NCBI RefSeq assembly: GCF_963921235.1
Contig: NC_086097.1
Coordinates: forward strand, 69,628,001-69,692,000
Source of the DNA: Mobula hypostoma
Taxonomy: Eukaryota
Direction of reading: 5' to 3'
DNA length: 64,000 nt
The notes beneath the pieces were generated by a model, which did not search any database, had not been told where the DNA came from, and worked only from the letters and a program-made list of their open reading frames with translations. Positions within the stretch are counted from its first letter, which is position 1; each line of letters opens with the position of its first letter. Shown in pieces: positions 48,480 to 61,355 of the stretch. The position numbers and the translations under genes are program-made.

Positions 48480-50200
48480 ATGACAGAACAAGAAAAATAA
48501 ACATCTTCAGCTCACGATACCTGTGTTGAACATGATGCCAAATTAAATCAAATGTCTTCTGACTGTCACTGATCCATTCATATTCATGTATCTAAAACTC
48601 ACTGAAATGCTGTTTTGTATCTGGTTTCACCACTACCCATGGTAGCTCATTCCAAGCACATACCGCTCTGTTTAAAGAAAATACAACTTGCTCTGTACAT
48701 CACCAATAAACTTTCCATCTCTCACCTCAAATGTATGTAATCTAGTGAAAGAAACAAAATTCTCATTGTCTACCCAACCTATGCCTCTCATAGTCTTAAA
48801 CTTCTATCATGTCTCCCATCAGCCTCAGCTCCAGAGTTAACAACCCAAGTTTGTCCAACTGCTTCTTGTCGTTCTAAGTAAATTAATTATCAGAGTACAT
48901 ATACAACCCTGAGATTCATTTCCTTGTGAGCATTCATAGTGAATACAAAAATACAAAATAATAAGCAATAAATATCAAGAACATGAGATGAAGAGTCCTT
49001 GAAAGTGTGTCCATAGGTTGTGATATTAGTTCAGTTTTGGGGGTGAGTGAAGTTATCCGCTCCATTTAGGGGCCTGATGGCTGAGGGGTAATAACTCTTC
49101 CTGAACCTGATGATGTGGGTCCTGAGGCTCCTACACCTCCTTCCTGATGGCAGTAGTGAGAAGAGAGCATGGATGGCCTGGATGGTGGAGGTCCTTGAAG
49201 TTGGATGCTGCTTTCCTGATGGCACTCCATGTAGATGTGCTCAATGGCAGGAAGGGCTTTACCCGTGATGGACTGGGTTATTCACTACTTTTTGTGGGTT
49301 CTTTCATTCAAAGGCATTGCTGTTTCCATACCAGGCCTTGATGCAACCAGTCAATGTCATCCTCTCCATCTTGCATCTATAGAAGTGTGTCAAAGGACCG
49401 GTTCCTGGACTGTAAGTTGCCTCCTCCTGTAATCATTAATTGGCTCCTTGGTCTTGCTGACATCGAGTGAGAGATGGTTGTTGTGACACCACTCAGTGAG
49501 ATTTTCAGTCTCCCTCCAATATGCTAATTTGTCATTCCTTTGATTCAGCCAATGATAGTGGTGTCATCAGCAAACTTAAATACGGCATTAGCTTAGCCTC
49601 ACAGTCAGAAGTATAAAGCATGTAGAGCAAGAAGCTGAGCTCATCATCTTGTGGTGCACCTGTGCTGATGGTGATCGTGGAGGAGATGTTGCCAATCCAA
49701 ACTGATTGATGATGCAGAAGTTCAGAAGTATGGTTACAAGTTTGGTCAGCTGCCCGCAAAACGTCACAGTGTTTTTTTACCAGTGTTTTCTTGAGCTCAA
49801 ATCCTTTAATCCAGGCAGCATCCAAGTAAAGCTCTTCTGTATTCTTTACTAAGTTTCCACATCCTTTCTGTAATGGAATAACTAAAATTGTACACCACTT
49901 TTCAAGTCTGGCCTAACTGAAGTTGCATGAAGTTATACAGAACATGACTTCCTGACTCTTATCGTTAATGCCCTGATCAGTGAAGATCAGCATGCCGTAC
50001 ACCACTTGAGGGAGCTATGGACCCGGAGCCCAAGATCCTTCTGGACATCAATCTTGTTAAGGGTTCAGCTGTTAACTGTACTTTTATATGAGACCTTGCA
50101 TTTGCCTGAAAGAAGCTCCACCTGCCGTTTTCCCACCCTTATCTTTAACTGGTCTATATTCTGCTGTGTCCTTTGATAACCACCTTCACATTTCACGTTG
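48480..50200 (-). mobile_element. Degenerate CR1 3' part with nested Rex1/Babar (about 48870-49710)
   Basis: CR1 3' motifs on both sides; Rex motifs LLPSGRRCRSL and ISTGAPQ in the middle. Confidence 0.65.
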
Positions 50201-51339
50201 ATCTAAATATATTTTGCTTGACAAGTTGTTACCAAGGTAGTTGTAAGGCAGTTGAAGGGAAAGAGCTGGCCTTTGCACTTACCAAAGGTGTGTTTGAAGG
50301 TAATTTCACAGATGCAACTCTTCTGTAGGCCATGCCTACACTGATATGAGTGATACTGGATCAGCTTTTGGTGTGAGGCCACTGACAGGTAGCTCATGGG
50401 CCATTGATCCCGATGCTTGGACTCCTGCAACCATATTGTCAGAATGGGAAAGGAATATTCAAATAATAGGTGAGATGTCTTTGGAAATAATAGTCTTCCA
50501 ACTTATGCCACGATCAACTGTCAGGTGATTTATCCATAGAGGTGTGCAAGTCTCCTTTCAAACCCATTGCAATTTTTCTAGCCATGAGGCCATTCCTTTG
50601 CTTTGTCCCAGTGAACATAATTTTTATAAAAACTTGCATTTTCTGTGCAGGGAAGTAACCTGATGAAAGTAAATACCTTGGGCTTTTCTTTTGGAATGGC
50701 CCATGCTTTCGTTAACCTGGCTCCATTTTACTTGCTTTTCTTCGAGTCCATCTTTATTAATCCTTGCTCTTATTAAGAGTGGGAGGGGGTGCTAGGTACT
50801 GTTGCAAGTGTGCAAGGTGGGTGTCAATTAGGTCCGAGGATTAGAATTGTGTATGTGTGGGAGTGGAGCGGCTTGGGAGGCAGTGCTGTGTTGCCTCCAG
50901 GCAGGGGGTGTTAGCATGCTTAGTGTTAATGGGGGCTTTGACCAGGGTCGCTGGAGGTGATTTCCTTTGCGGGATATTGTTAGGGTTAGGGGATGGGATG
51001 AGGGGCTGGAGTTGGGAGGGGGCTAAAGGGCAGAGGGGTGTAGGTTAGGGTTATATATGCATATAAAACAATGTATATATTATAAGAACAAACAGCTGAA
51101 TTATTTTCACAATAGGAATAGAGTGACATTGTTGCAACTGCATGTTTTTTGATATACAACATTGCATGAATTCTGCAAACTAGAGCACATCTGTGATACG
51201 TTCAAAATATATTATTACAAACTGATTTCCAAACAACATTTGCAACATGTTTTAGTTGTCAAAATGACAAGTCTGATGGAAGAGTTCAATGCAAGCAGGA
51301 ACTGGCTGCCGGATGTAATCTAGCTGGTATCATTCTCAA

Positions 51340-51705
51340 TACTCTGCCAGAAGATTCAAGGACCAGACCTACTCCATAGAATGGAGAACAAAAGTCTGTT
51401 TTCGTACTCTGCCCTGGTATTAAGGGAGTGCACAATCTCAGGACTGTTGAATTTTGGATCTATCTGTGCTCTCAGATGTTTATAAGAATCCCATGGCACT
51501 ACTTTTAAGAAGAGAATATTAGTTATCCTTGCTGTTACGCCAATGTTTACTGCTCATTCAACATTTGTAAAGCAGATTATTGATGGCAGAGCAATTATGG
51601 TAATTTGTGAGAATTTGCTCTTTCCACAATTGGCTTCTCTACTTTGCAAAATATACACAGTAATTTGGAGTGTTCTGTGCATTAACTACCATGTGAATGC
51701 AACTC
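51340..51705 (+). mobile_element. Deu-domain SINE (SacSINE1/AmnSINE1-like) remnant
   Basis: atcccatggcactacttttaagaagag ... cagattatt resembles the Deu core as I recall it; related copy at 53860-54170 on -. Confidence 0.55.
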
Positions 51706-52069
51706 TTTTTAATGAATAGTGGAATGTATTCTTAATATTTGTTCCTCTCTTTAGGTGACCTAGTACAAGTTTTTGAAACACCAAACAACACTAACCTTTT
51801 TTTTCAGGGTATTAATAGGTGACTTGCTGTATTGACCAATAAACTAATCTCCTTTGATATATTGTTAACACAAGGGGGAGCATTAAGCTAAAATATGTCA
51901 GCAGCTTGATTAACAAAATTGAATGTTGCAAAGTTTAGAAGAAACCCATTGACATAATTTTCGTTAAATTTGATTAAACATTTGAACTCGTGCCAGTAAG
52001 GTTAAAAGTTGAAAGCTATGGGAAATACATGGCTACATATCTCATTTTATCAAAGGTAGATATTCCAGA

Positions 52070-52422
52070 CAACACACATAAAAGTTGCTGGTGAGCGCAT
52101 GTTCATGCCATCAGGTTGGAGGCTACCCAGATGGATAAGGTGTTGTTCCTCCAACCTGAGTGGACCTTCTGCCAATCTTGTCCAGCTCTTGGCTCCATCC
52201 CTCCCCCTCCTGTCTTCTCCTATCATTTTGGATCCCCCCCCCCCACCACTTTCAAATCTCTTACTAGCTCTTCTTTCAGATAGTCCTGACAAATGGTCTC
52301 GGCCCGAAATGCTGACTGTACCTCTTCCTAGAGATGCTGCCTGGCCTGCTGCGTTCACCAGCAACTTTTATGTGTGTTGCTTGAAATTCCAGCATCTGCA
52401 GATTTCCTTGTGTTTGCACTTT
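52070..52422. mobile_element. Penelope-like element with inverted GIY-YIG C-terminal remnant and degenerate hammerhead
   Basis: 13-bp TSD tagatattccaga at 52057-52069 and 52423-52435; RLEEQHLIHLGSLQPDGMN on -. Confidence 0.85.
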
Positions 52423-53859
52423 TAGATATTCCAGATCAAGTTTCAGTCTTGAAGGATTGCACTATGGGTATGTTCTCCATTGTAACAATTCTTCATTAGT
52501 AGCACTGAATGTCTTCTAGGCATATTTTCCAAAAGTGACAATGTATATATGAATGACATATTGCTCCCAAATGCAGCAATGTGGTTTTGTAAAGCATAAG
52601 TATGTATCTTGAAAATTTAGCTTGCAGAAAATTATTGGAACAATGTCAAAAAGTAACAAAGGGGTGTTTTGGTCTGTGTATTGGTTTAATGTCACTAAAG
52701 TTTCAAGCTTAAAGTTTATGACAACTATCTTGTCATAATTTTAAATTTTATTATTTAAAGCCTTAGTCATATCACTGGACTATGACTGAAAATGTCAAGA
52801 TTAGATATAGTGTAATGATGTTGGAAGAGACTTAAGGAACATCTGGAGGTAGATATTGGTTGGATGATAGGTCAATGCTGCCGAAATTCTCCTCCTTTGG
52901 CTGGTGTCACCATTACTTAGTGAATGTTGTCATCGGTTCATACACTGGCTAAGACAATGACATAGTACATTGTCAATTTTGATTTCTCTACAAATTAGTG
53001 AATTACACCTGCCCAAAACTGCTTGTCAGTTGTCCAACAGCAAATTAGTGACACCATCATCAGAAGGGGTATGGGAGAATGTGATTTCTGCAGGAATGGA
53101 TCAGATTAAAAACCTGTAAGTCAGCAGTGCATGATTACAATCATAAGTGATTGGGAAGCCAAGCAATTTAATAGCCTAGCCAGGCAGGTCTTTAAAACAG
53201 TAATCCAGTTTAGTCTGCTTGGCAGTTTAGTGAGATGCCCCTATCATTAAAAGCTGATTCTTCACTTTGAACTTTCAGTAAAACAGAGTAATGTCCATGC
53301 ATAGGGTATGGCCAAAGATTGATTCCTTCATTTCCCCAGTTCAAGAAAATCAAGTCTCTCCTTCTGAGAAGAAAATACGCATTTTAAATCAAGAAAATCA
53401 GAGTCATTAGTTTGGAGAAAATTGAACACAAGCTGCTCCTTTATTTAATCAGATGTTTGTGGTAAACAGTTTGCTTTAACTTGACTCCATCTTTTACTGG
53501 TCAAGTCAGTACCTGCAACATCCCCATATGACATCATTATCAGTGACAAAATGCTTGCTCATCTGTGATTCATTTCCCCTTGCAATTTTGCAAGATGTGT
53601 TTGAAAAGCGGTACATAGCATGTCCTAGCATGTAATTTGGAGGTCTTCACTTGATAGTTAAACATTCATCTTCAGGTAATGTTACTTGTTTCTTCTACTT
53701 CCTGACACAAGAGTAGCATTGCAATTTATTATCTTTCCTCCCATTTAAACTGAGATCAGCTACATAAGACCAGTACAAGATTCAGACTTGCTGCTTTGAT
53801 TAAAAGAAAAATTTACATTTAAAAATATCAGGTTGCAGCAAAAACCTTATAAGCTAATT

Positions 53860-54170
53860 TATATACTTTAACATTACACTGTTATGTAGGAAATGAGGCA
53901 ATGAGTCTGTCCATTTGCCTTACAGAGAGCAATGAGATAAAAAGCCAGTTAGCATGATTTAGCAAAATTGGTTAAGGGACTTTTTCACCTCAAAAAAAAA
54001 ACTGGGATCTTCTAATATTGCCTGAGAAGGCAGCGAGGGTTATGTTTAATGTTTCATCTGAAACACAACATCTAAAAATAGTGCAATAATCTTGTGTTAC
54101 TGCACATAAGAGGAACCCTGATTTTTATCTTTAAGACTCCGCAATGATGGTTCTTACTCTGCCCTGCTAC
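53860..54170 (-). mobile_element. Deu-domain SINE remnant
   Basis: gtttaatgtttcatctgaaa and tgttatgtaggaaa motifs. Confidence 0.45.
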
Positions 54171-54508
54171 CACTAACTAAAGGTATACCATGAATATTTT
54201 CTGAACAGGAAATTAATGCAAGTGCTGAAAACCTGAACAGACTGAACACAAACAGTTCGAGCAGTACTTGTGAAATTTGTCTCAGAAACTTTGGATTTTT
54301 TTAATACCATGGGGCATTGGATCAGAATTAGGCCATTTGGCCCATCAAGTCTGGTCCACAATTCTATCATGGCCTCACCTCACAACCTTTGACATCCTTA
54401 CTAATCAAGAACTTATCAACTGCTGCTTTAAATATACCTAATGACTTGATCCCCACAGCCAGCTGTGGTAAAGAATTCCACCGATTCACCAGCCTTTGGC
54501 TAAAGAAA

Positions 54509-56800
54509 TTCAGAATCAGGTTTAATATCACTGGCATATGTCATGAAAGTTGTTGACTATGTGGCGGCAGTACAATGCAATACAGAAAGATAGTGAGGTA
54601 GTGTTGATGGGTTCAATGTCCATTCAGGAATCAGATGGCAGAGGGGAAAAAGTTGTTCCTGAATTCCTCAGGGTGTGCCTTCAGGCTTCTGTACCTCCTG
54701 CCTGATGGTAACAGTGAGAAAGGAGCATGTTCTGGGTGGTGGGGGTCCTTAATGACGGGCACCGCCTTTCTGAGATACCGCTCCTTGAGGACGTTTTGGA
54801 TGCTATGGAGGCTGGTATCCATGAAGAAGCAGACTCATTTTACAACTCTCTGCAGCTTACTACAATGCCGAGAAGTAGCCCCCCACCCACCATACCAGAC
54901 TGTTGCTCTCCACAGTTCATCTGTAGGTTTTGAGTGCTTTAGGTGGCAAACCAAATCTCAAACTCCTGATGAAATACAGCTGCTAACTTCCCTTCTTTGT
55001 AGCTGCATCGATATGTTGGGACCAGGTTAGATCCTCAGAGATATTGACACCCAGGAACTTGAAATTACTCTCTCTCTCTCTCCACTTCTGGTCACTCAAT
55101 GGGGATTGATTTATGTTTCCTTATCTTACCCTTTTCTGAAGTTTACGATCAGCTCTTTGGTCTTACTGACATTGAGTGCAAGGTTGTTATTGTGACACCA
55201 CTCCACTAGCTGATATATCTCACTCCTGTACACCTTCTTGTCACCATCTGAGATTCTGCCAACAATGGTTGTATCATCAGCAAATTTAAAGATGGCATTA
55301 GAGCTATGCCTATTTATAATATTATTATGAAACTTAGGAAAGCTCCATTTGATAAGATTAGGGTAGATTGGGAACAGGAATTGGGGCTTACCATTTCTGT
55401 GGATGATTGGGGGCAGATTTTACAATTAGTTAATACTTCCTCTATTTGTGCTAAACATTCCCTAATTCAATTTAAAGTGGTGCATAGAGCACATATGTCC
55501 AAAGATAAGTTAGCGCGTTTTTACTCGCATATTAATCCTTTCTGTGATAGATGTTCGGGGCAGATAGCCTCTTTAACTCATATGTTTTGGTCTTGCCCTA
55601 CTTTGGAAACTTTTTGGAGAGATATTTTCAATATTATTTCTAAGGTATTAAATATAGATATCTCTCCTCACCCTATTACTGCTATCTTTGGACTACCTAA
55701 AATTTCTAGTAATCTTTCCCCTTCAGCCCGTAGAATGATTGCATTTCTTACTTTAATGGCGAAAAGATGTATTTTACAACATTGGAAAGAGCTTAATGCT
55801 CCAACTACCTTTTTTTGGTTTTCTCAGACGATTTTATGTTTGAATCTGGAGAAAATTAGAAGTAACCTTCATGATTCTTCATTTAAATTTGAACAGATTT
55901 GGGGACCTTTTATTCGATATTTTCATTTAATGTAATATTTACCCTTCTTGTTTTTTTTTCACTGTTTTAATGGAGGTCGGGATTGAGGACGTGATTTTAA
56001 GTTTAACTCTGTTTGGTTTCAAGTTAGCCCATTGCTTTGCTTTGCTTTTAGTTAGTGGCACGGTGGGTTTTTTTTTTGGGGTTTTTTTTTCTTTTTTTCC
56101 ATTGATATATATAAAATCTAGTATACTATTATGTTATCTTGGTTTCTTATGCTTAAATTACATTGTTTGTAGTATTTTCTTTTTGGTATTGTTATCTTTT
56201 GGAATTTTATTATACTTTAACATTGTATTAATGTTTATATGGCTTACCTTTTTTGTATACTTACTCAATAAAAAGATTTAAAAAGAAAGAAAGAGCTATG
56301 CCTAGCCACACAGTTATGGGCACAAAGAGAGTAGAGCAGTGGGCTAAGCACACATCCCTGATGTGCACCAGTGTTGACTGACAGTGAGGTGGAGATGTTA
56401 TTTTCAATCCGCAGATTGTGGTCTTCCAATTAGGACGTTGAGGATCCAGTTGCAGAGGGAGGTACAGAGGTCCAGGTTCCATAGCTTTTCGGTCAGGACA
56501 GTAGGAATTACGGTGTTAAACGCTGAGCTATAGTTAATGAATAGCCTCCTGATATAGGTACTCGTATTGTTCAGGTGATCCAAGGCTGCGCAGAGAGCCG
56601 TTGAGATCATGCCCGCTTTAGACCTATTGTGGCGATTGGCAATTTGCAGTAGGTCCAGGTGAGACGGAAGTTGATTCCAGCCATGACCAACCTCTCAAAG
56701 CATTTCGTCAATGTAGATGTGAGTGCTACTGGTGGATAATCACTAACGCTGCTCATACTGCTCTTCTTTGGCACTGGTATAATTGTTGCCCTTTTGAAGA
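54509..56800 (-). mobile_element. Rex1/Babar-type LINE split by L1
   Basis: LLPSGRRYRSL, LFINYSSAFNT and PVALTS..KCFERLV; (tctgat)-like tail. Confidence 0.85.
55313..56291 (+). mobile_element. Young 5'-truncated L1-clade LINE (ORF2 C-terminus with CCHC knuckle, T-rich 3' UTR, A-rich tail)
   Basis: CDRC...HMFWSC motif; AATAAA plus A-rich tail; 13-bp TSD agagctatgccta at 55300-55312 and 56292-56304. Confidence 0.92.
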
Positions 56801-58013
56801 AATTTCTCATTTCTGTTCTAAAGGGATGTCCCTCTGTTCTGAGACTGCCCTCTGGTCCTAAACTCTGCCACTAAAGGAAACATCCTCTCCACATCCACTC
56901 TAGGCCTTTCAATATTCAATAGGTTTCAATCAGATCTCCCCCATCATTCTTCTAAACTCCAGAGAGTACATGCCCCAAGCCATCATATGCTTCCCATATG
57001 TTAAACCTTTTCATTCCTGGAATCAATCTCCTCTGATCCTTCTCCAATGCCAGTATATCTTTTCCTAAAGGGGCACAAAACTGCTCACAATTCTCCAAAT
57101 GCAGTCTGATAAGTGCCTCATAAAGCTTTAGCATTACATCCTTGCTTTTATATTCCAATTCTCTTGAAATGAATGCTAACACTGCATTTGCCTTCTTTCC
57201 CAACTTCTCCACCTGCAAGTTAACCTTTTGGGAATCCTGCATTAGGACTTCCAAGTCTCTTTGCATCTCTGATTTCTGAGTTTTCTCCCCATATAGAAAA
57301 TGGTCTATACCTCTATTCCTTCTACTAAAGTGCATAACCATACACTTCCTTAACCTATATTTCATCTGCCACTTCTTTGCTCATTCTCCTGATCTGTCTT
57401 AGTCCGTTTGCAGACTCCCTGCCCTTCCACCTATCTTTATATTGTCCACAAACTTGACCACAAAGCCACGAATTTCATCATCCAAATCATTGACATATAA
57501 TGTGAAGTGGTCCCAACACCAACCCTTGCAGAACACCACTCATCAGTGGCAGCCAACCAGAAAAGATCCCTTTATTCCCATTCTTGGCTTCCTGCCAGTC
57601 AGCCAGTCTTCTATCAATGCCGGTGTCTTTCCTGCAATACCATAAGTGACATTTGCAATTTACCAGTACTTCAGAGCCATTACAGAATCTAGTGATTCTT
57701 GAAAGATCACTACTAATGCTCCACAGTCTCTTCAGCTACTTCTTTCGGAGCCTTAAGGTGTAGCCCATCTGGTCCAGGTGACTTATCTACCCACAAGTTT
57801 TTCAGCCTCCCAAGCACCTTCTCCTTAGTAATAGCAACTACACTCACTTCTGTCCCCTAATACTCTCAAATTTCTGGCATACTGTGGTGTTTTCCACAGC
57901 GAAGACTGATGCAAAATACTTAGTGTAGTAAGTTCACCCGCCATGTCCTTGTCCTCCATTATTAGTTTTCCAGTGGTCTGATATCCACTCTCACCTCTCT
58001 TTTACTCTTTATA

Positions 58014-58509
58014 CAATACTGTGCCATAGTCTTAGGCACGTATACAAAATACAGCTGGGGCACCTAAGACTTTTGCACAGTAGTGTATTTGTCAACATGG
58101 AGCAGAGAGTGAGTTTGTAAATCTGGTGAAAGCAAGGATGTTGGAATAGTGAGAATGGAGTGCGTGCGGGAGGGGTGTGGGACAGATGGGGCACACTGAG
58201 CCTTGAGACACTAGGCAAGGTCATTTCATTCTAAACAATTGGTTTATTCATCATTACAGATGACCCCCCATTCCCTCCCCTCTCTCTTTCCCTTTTCCCA
58301 ACCATGATTGCCCTCTCCCTACCCCTTCCCACTATCAGCCCACAATAGAGACTCAAATCAGAATCAGGTTTATCATCACTCACATATGTCACGAAATTTG
58401 TTATTTTTGCAACAGCAGTACAGTGCAGTCCATAAAATTACTCCAGTACTGTGCAGAAGTCTTAGGCACCCAAGCTATAGGTATGTGCTAAAACCTTTAC
58501 ACAGTACTG
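58014..58509. mobile_element. Tc1/mariner-type MITE with IR/DR ends
   Basis: TA flanks; ends caatactgtgccatagtcttaggcac ... cacagtactg; inner repeats near 58060 and 58444. Confidence 0.75.
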
Positions 58510-60749
58510 TATATCTGGAAAAAACTTTTAGTATCCTCTTTTATATCATTGGTTAGCTTATCTTCATAATTTTCTCTGCTTATGGCTTTTTTAGTTTCCT
58601 TCTGTTGATTTTTAAAAGCTTCCCACTATTTTTTGCTATATTATATGCCCTCACTTTTCCTATTATGCTGCCTTTGACTTCCCTTGCCAGCCACAGTTGC
58701 CTCATCCTCCTTTTAGAATTCTACTTCACCTTAGGGATGTATCTATCCTGCACCTTCCAAATTTCCCCAGAAAACCCAGCCACTGCCGTTCTGCCGTCAT
58801 TCCCTTCCAATGAATTTTGGCCGGGTCCTCTCTCATGCCTCTAATTCCCATTACTCCACTGTAATATTAATACATCTGATTTTAGCTTCTCTTTCTCAAA
58901 CTGCACAGTGAATTTTATTATATTATGATCACTGCCTCTAATGATTCCTTTACCTTAAGCCCTCCAATCAAATCTTGTTCATTATGCAACACCCAAACCA
59001 TAATTGCAATTTCCCTAGTGGGCTTAACCACTAGGGAATCTAAAAACCATCTTGTAGGCATTCTACAAATTCCCTCTCTTTGGATCCAGCACTAACCTGA
59101 CTTTCCCAATCCTCCTGCATATTGCAATCCCCCTTGACTTTGCCCTTTATACATGTCTTTGTTATCTACCATTGTAATTTGTACACCACATCCTGGCTGC
59201 TGCTTAGAGGCCTGTATATAACTTCCATCAAGGTCTTTTTGCCCTTACAGTTTCTTAAATCTGCCCACAAGGATTCTACTTCTTCTGGTCCTATATCACC
59301 TCTTTCATTTTTTACCAACAGAGCCACCCCACACCCTCAGCCGACCTGCTTGTGTACTCTTGGATATTAAGCTCCCAACGTTATATCTGCCAATCTCTAA
59401 CTGCACTATGAGATCATCTATCTTATTTCATATACTGGATGCAGTTAAATATAACATCTCCAGTCCTGTATTCATCACCCTTTTCCATTTCCCCCAATGT
59501 TACACTTCAACTCATCTCACTGGTTGCAATATTGCCCTATCATCTGCCTGTCCTTCCTCACAGTCTCACTGCACACTGCATTAACTTGTTTACCAACTGG
59601 CCCATCCTCAGCCCTATCACTCCTGTTCCCAGTGATTATTGCCCTTGTGGTTCTGCTTTTCAGCCTTCTACTTAACTCCCCTATTCTTTCTTCAGGACCT
59701 CATCCTTTTTCCTACCTTTGTCATTGGTGCCAATATGTACCATGGCACCTTGCTGTTCACCCTCCCTCCCCCTTTAAAATGCTGTGAACCAGATCTAAGA
59801 TATCCCCAACCCTGACCCTGGTAGGCAGCATACCAACCAGCTGTTTCTTTCACACCCACAGAACCTCCTGCCTGCTCTGCTAACTGAGGAATCCTCTATC
59901 GCTACTGCACTCCTCTTCTCCCCACTTCCCTTCTGAACCACAGAGCCAGACTCAGACCCATTTTCTGGACAAATGGATCCATCTTTTCAGGCACAAGACA
60001 ATTTAACTGATATCTGTCATGATGAAAGTAAATATAATTAACTGTTTTAAGGAAATGATTTTTGTTTGCAGTCTAAAGCCACTTTTATCGAGAGAATACC
60101 AATCTGCAGTATTTGAATGAATTGCTATTTTTCAATCTGAAGTTCAATGAAATCAATAGAAATACTCTATTCCAGTTTTTGACATACCTCTAATTGTAAT
60201 GGCAACCATCTGAAATATTGTAGGCTTTTTTACAATTTTAAATTTACTGTAATAGGTGACAGATACCTTCTTGTACATAAGATAACCACACATCGGTCAA
60301 GCAGCTCACACTAAGAGTTAAGAGATGGAGTGCACTGGCTCTTCACAAATTCAGTGTCCTCATGCTTAAATAACTCTTTAAAGAAACAAATGACAATACA
60401 ATCAATTGTAAAAGTAATTGTGTAGGACAAGACCATCTGTTTGGCAGGCACCCAGTTTTTCTTCCTAAATATTAATTTCTTTTTTCATTAATGGCTACTT
60501 TTCCAAGAGCTTCTGCATAGACAACAAACAGCTACCAAGGCAATGATGCTTGTATTTTATAATTGAACTACAAGAACCTGATCTATATTACAAATTTAAT
60601 ACATCTTCTTAATCTTTATGTTTACGTACTGTAGAATAAAATCCTGCTATATTTTCTAAAGTAAGTTTTCACATAAATCTGAGGAGCATGTTCATTGGGG
60701 TGAAGGTCAGAACCTCCATAGCAACCAATTAAGCAGCACTGGACAAGAT

Positions 60750-61226
60750 TTCAATGAACAATTGGACCCTGCAGGTTTTGGGCAAATTTGTGAGACAGGA
60801 CACCAGGTTGAGTGGTGTTACGACTAGCTTATATTCAACATCAACACAACTATAGATCGTTGACTTCAGGAAAGAGAAGGAGGGCAAACATATGGCACTC
60901 TACATTGGGAAATTGGCAGGTGGATTATCATTAGCTTTAAATTCCTGGGCATTACTATATTGGATGACCCATCCTGGGTCATAGTAATACAATTTGAAAG
61001 AGAGCAAACAAAACCCTAATGACCAAGTTTAGCAATACGAGCATCACTTCAACCAATTTGCACTAAGATGCACTTTCTTGTTCTAATTGTGTTCTTTCTT
61101 GTAAAAATTGTTTAATTTATATTCAACTTTTTCTTGTAAATACTGCTTACATGATGTAATATTCCTGTAATACTGCTGCAAACCAGTTTTTCACTGCACC
61201 TGTGCATATATGACAAGAACTTCATT
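60750..61226 (+). mobile_element. Degenerate Rex1/Babar 3' fragment abutting the AP4S1 stop codon
   Basis: gttgacttcagg (VDFR) and tttaaattcctgggc (FKFLG); 3' end tttttcactgcacctgtgcat...atgacaa. Confidence 0.6.
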
Positions 61227-61355
61227 TTAACTTTCAGTCATTTTGTCAAGTGCAAGAAGTGGGGCAAGAATTCTGCTTTTGTTGGTCTCTGCAATACGAC
61301 CATTCAAGATCATTTCATCCAAGATGACATGAACTTTATCTAAATTAAACATGAT
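61227..61355 (-). CDS. AP4S1: AP-4 complex subunit sigma-1, last coding exon ([42 protein letters not shown])
   Basis: Matches the AP4S1 C-terminus as I recall it; acceptor ttcag|ATC; stop TAA; convergent with HECTD1 as in human. Confidence 0.95.
   Translation of the reverse strand: MMFNLDKVHVILDEMILNGRIAETNKSRILAPLLALDKMTES

Larger units (their letters stand above)
54303..59950 (-). mobile_element. Long degenerate CR1 (tail 54303-54508; body 56803-59950) with nested Rex1/Babar, L1 and Tc1-MITE
   Basis: CR1 3' sequence is continuous across gaaattc (54509) / gaaatttctcat (56800); RT and endonuclease homology to 6871-9345. Confidence 0.75.

Noticed and set aside
55306..55935. 209-aa ORF as an independent gene
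   Set aside because: L1 ORF2 C-terminus; the start codon comes from the TSD.
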